Positions 60,138 through 64,000 of a DNA stretch of 64,000 nucleotides are shown here, piece after piece. A program made the translations under genes and the position numbers. Source of the DNA: Chrysomallon squamiferum (lineage: Eukaryota > Animalia > Mollusca); the NCBI GenBank assembly GCA_012295275.1, contig CM022670.1:19592001-19656000 (forward strand), given 5' to 3'. The notes under the pieces are model-generated. The model was not told the DNA's origin and did no database searches. It saw only the letters and a list, made by a program, of their open reading frames with translations. Position 1 is the stretch's first letter. The number at the start of each line of letters is the position of its first letter.

Positions 60138-61164
60138 TGCATATGCAGGCCAAAATTGTAAAATTCAGATTGATGGACAACAGAAGTTCTTTGCAAAATG
60201 TTCACCGGTATGTCACTTGATAAATTTTTTTTTCAACTTGCATATTTTATACTGATAGAAGCATTCATAGACATGGTGCCTATACAAAGACACATGCACT
60301 GTTTATCTGTATGTCAAATCATTACTGATGTATTTCTCTTTTCATGTGTGTATATATGTGTAAAGCATAATTATTTTGCTATTAGAATGTGTTATGCTAG
60401 AATAATAATAATTATAGTAATGCTGATTATAGTAATAATAATTACTATTGTAACTTTATGTCATTCATTAATTACAAGCAATTATTTTCTTACCTTTTTT
60501 ATTTCTATTTTTTAAAAAAGTATTTTTATTTTTATTACTACTGTCTGTTTTTATTTATTTGTTTTTTATTTATTTATTTTTTTAAATTCTAGTCATTTTT
60601 TTCGAAATGTGGATATTTGATTATACCACACCGAAAAGGACTGAAGAAAGTTTGTGGAAGTTGTTGACAGCATATAACTCCAAAATCATCATCACTTTAG
60701 ATTCTAATGTAAGAATATATTTTGTTAGAGAACACAACACTAGTGTGGTCAAAATTTTAAACAAATTCATGCATCACTTGAAAATATCAAAAGGAAAAAC
60801 TGGTTATTGAAAACTAAGTTATTCTAGATATGAAGTTAATAATAATTTTGTGATTGTTTTTACTTTGAGTAAAATCTCCAACATTATTCTGAGCAAATAT
60901 TAATTTTCTTTTATTTTTTTTATTAATATAAAATCATTTTATAAATTTTAAAAAACAAAACAAATATCAGATGTATTATTTCATTTGTATGAATTGTAAT
61001 ATTGATGTGATTCATAATTCTTTATTTATTTGTTTGTTTCTTAGTTTGTTTGGTTGTTTGCTTGCTTATTTGTTTATTATAATCATTATGATTGTTATTA
61101 TTATTATAACCATCATCAATATCATCATTATCATCATCATCATCATCATTATTATTTATTTATT

Positions 61165-61229
<65 letters not shown>

Positions 61230-61394
61230 AGAGAGTTATGAAAGGTATTCCAGCTATAAATCACTCTGTAACATATGGATCAAATACTATTACAACTCTT
61301 CACCAGAAATCAGTTACCAATGACATAAGGGAGATAACTCTTCAAGTACAAGGAAAAGTATGAATTATACTATTATAAAATATTAATGTTCACG

Positions 61395-61455
<61 letters not shown>

Positions 61456-62847
61456 CACTTTGATTCTATTTTGTGAATTTCTATTCATTTAGGGTAAGCA
61501 TTCATGAATATAAAAATGTAATTCGAAACATAAACTAAATTTTAATTTTGACTAACAAGGAGGAAGATTTTAGTTTTCAATAATTTAAATTAATTTTACA
61601 GAGTGATTCCAAGAAGAAACAGATTGTTCTTCTAGATATCAGTGAAAGACTGGAATCTTTTAACACTGAAGTGTGGATGAAATCTCTTTTGACAGTGTTA
61701 GAAAAGATGCAGATTGAGGACACAAAGGAAATTTCCAATCACTGTTTCTTATAGGTCTGTAAGACAAAAAAGTTACATATAACCATTTTCTACTGGCCTA
61801 TAATACATGTGTACATGTCTGTAAAAGGATATTTCCAAATACAGTCTTGTTTGTACAGGTCTGTAACAAATCATCAATCCCAAATGCAGTTTGTAGGGAG
61901 GTTTGTATCATATCAACAATCCCAACTCCAGTTTTGAACAGGTTTATACCATATCAAGTATTTCCAAATAAAGTTTTTAGTATCATGATATATTTGTCAG
62001 AGAATATCAGTTGCTTCACATTAAGCAACCATGGCAACCAAAACAATATATATACTTTTCATTATTTCTCTATTTCTAAATATTATAGTTAAATATTGTG
62101 AAGAAGATTTTGTAATAAAAAAAGAAAATCTGAATTACTAATTATAATGATTAGTGTATTGTACTGATGTTCAACTGTGCTCTCATTAAAACAATACATT
62201 TTCCTTTATGTACAGGGAATCTGAGACTAAAAGAGCTACAATGCTTTGTATAGGCATTAATATCCTGACAGGCCTGCTGTTCAATTCTGAAGTTGAGATT
62301 TTCCACAACATCAACAGATTCCAAGCAATTTTTCCAGAAGTTAAATTTCAAAAGGTGAATACAGTATTGATATAAATACAACTAATTTATTTATTTATTT
62401 TTATTATCATTATCATCATCAACATAATAAATTTCGTTATTATTATTAATATAAAAAAAAAACTATTTATAAATAAGAAATTAAACTATTCCATAATTAA
62501 ATGCACTTAAGTCTTGTGAAGTGCAAAAAAAAAATAAAGTAAAAAGCAATTTTGTAATAAATTAGGTCTTCAGTTTTACAGTACACATTCTTTAATTTAT
62601 AATAACAGATGAGTACCTAGTTAAAGCAATGGATCACTGCTGCAATATAATGAAGAAATATTGTATATTTATATGAGTTAACATATCTCTAAATAGAATG
62701 AAATTCCTGAAGTAGTTTATCCAAAGAAGATTTGATATTTAATGTGTTTTAATGTTTCAGGAGGATTTTTCAAGTTTCTGCAAACTTGCCTTGACAAACC
62801 CTGAAGTTTTGTCTATGTATGCCAATTGTCCTTCACAAACATATTAA
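49858..62847 (+). CDS. Receptor-type protein tyrosine phosphatase: signal, FTLD, EGF, TM, PTP D1 (intact), degenerate D2
   Basis: Signal exon 49858-49928 (needs one nt removed from the A6 run). FTLD 50633-50833 and 51205-51426. EGF 52118-52264. TM 53958-54051. Juxtamembrane 55224-55297 and 55613-55875. D1: 56361-56448 (KNRF), 56836-56912 (DYINAS), 57235-57271 (FIAAQ), 57602-57699 (DFWRMIWE, IVMLT), 57974-58099 (KCEPYW), 58284-58429 (WPDHGVP, VHCS), 58557-58692 (AGVGRTG, IQT), 59167-59313 (EQY). D2 exons are approximate: 59784-59817, 60149-60207, 60593-60708, 61232-61357, 61602-61754, 62216-62354, 62761-62847. Confidence 0.85.
52776..52907 (+). pseudogene. Decayed EGF-like exon in an RPTP intron
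   Basis: Reads REENETNGPNCTNVC...FTGLCS..YKAGWNGTDCLE then a GT donor. First Cys is lost, with an internal deletion, frameshift and stop. Confidence 0.65.
53243..53387 (+). pseudogene. Decayed EGF-like exon in an RPTP intron
   Basis: QNITYGPNCGNTCID*HCVLLPASCNTETGDCGSEGCMPGWIGVDCIQ then GT. TGA replaces Arg in the DRHC motif; no acceptor is evident. Confidence 0.75.
54223..54975 (-). mobile_element. Non-autonomous Tigger/pogo-like DNA transposon with a truncated transposase N-terminus
   Basis: Terminal inverted repeats CAGTGGTACCT...AGGTACCACTG flanked by TA on both sides. Minus strand reads MNPKKVSAKGSAE*KKWMMSIELNLEFIVNHERGVHLVDLARQYEHNTSTICTILKLKESIK, a CENP-B/psq-type HTH. Confidence 0.85.
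56361..59313 (+). other. Classical PTP catalytic domain D1
   Basis: Core PTP motifs occur in order across in-phase exons, including WPD, VHCSAGVGRTG and the Q-loop IQT..QY. Confidence 0.93.
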
Positions 62848-62885
62848 CTTTTACATATCATTATTATTATTATTATTATTGTTAT

Positions 62886-62917
<32 letters not shown>

Positions 62918-63152
62918 ATATTATTATTATTAATTTTTGACTGCAGAAGCAAATTCAATATTTGAGGGAAAATAATTATAATTTCACTGCAGTTATCCAA
63001 ATAAACTAATTTTAACTCTTAAAAATAATGACATAAGTTCTATTTTATTATTGCTGTGTGCATTATTGTTTACCAATGTGCGATTTTAATATTAAAGTCA
63101 TTATTAAATAGAACACTGAAAACGGATTTGTTTTGATTTAGTTTGTTTTATG

Positions 63153-63196
<44 letters not shown>

Positions 63197-64000
63197 GTAT
63201 TGGTACGAATAAATAGCATTGCTAAATTTTATATGCTTTCAAAGTATTGTTCTATTTGTATGATAATGAAATAATGAACACGTTCAGAATATATATATAT
63301 GTGTGTGTGTGTGCCTGAGTATGTGTGGATATCTATATGCATTTCTGAATGTGTATGTGTGTGTATATGACGTAACTAATACTATTTGTTAAATGCATTT
63401 GTACTAAATTGTATCTATTACTATATTGAGGAATATCAGTTATTTCTATAAAATACTGACACTGAAGGATGCCTGCTAAATATTATTCATGTATATGCTG
63501 AAGGATTCCTTACACTTCTAAATATCTGTAATGAAGGATATAGCAGAAAAAGAAAACGAAAGATGCAATTTAAGCCATGAGATACTCAGTTATCTCCCAT
63601 GTACTTTATCGGGTTGATTCTCTGCCCAGTTACTGTGAGACAGTGTTGTTTGAATTCCATCTCCTATCGCCTTTCTTCAAGATGTCAGTAAATCTAATAT
63701 ATACAGACTCGGCAATGTCTACAAAATAGAACCACACAATATTGCATTCTGTAATTTTCTGAATGTTATCTAGAAATTAAATATAATTAAGCGAAGTACT
63801 GATGGACATCGCTGATGTTAAGAAGCATTTTTTAATGCAAGTACCACAAATGCGATTATCTTTTTAATTAGTTAAATTCTCATGCGTATCTAAATATATA
63901 TGCCAAACAAAATTTCAGGTCCAAATTAGGCCCATTATTGTAAAAATTTCTTCAACACATGGTACACAAACATAAAATAAAAACTTACATAACTGCTGAA

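Overview
This is AT-rich, microsatellite-dense, intron-rich metazoan DNA; an octopod or other molluscan genome is my inference from composition and gene families. By reading splice sites by hand I reconstruct a glycan-recognition gene cluster. (1) A minus-strand type I membrane receptor at 21527-10025: signal peptide, F-type lectin domain (FTLD), 11 EGF-like cassette exons, TM and an acidic tail, about 816 aa. (2) Downstream of it, an orphan EGF, TM and tyrosine-motif (ITIM/ITSM-like) tail module at 4210-3007, splice-compatible with gene 1, plus a dead third TM exon. (3) Four tandem plus-strand genes for secreted PAN/apple, half-EGF, C-type lectin proteins at 24.3-46.2 kb, one of them frameshifted. 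(4) A plus-strand receptor tyrosine phosphatase (RPTP) at 49858-62847 with the same FTLD-EGF-TM exon architecture as gene 1, an intact catalytic D1 and a degenerate D2. There are also two Tigger/pogo-like elements, two LTR-like remnants and decayed local duplications. Most ORFs in the supplied track are microsatellite artefacts. All gene models come from sequence alone, without transcript support.
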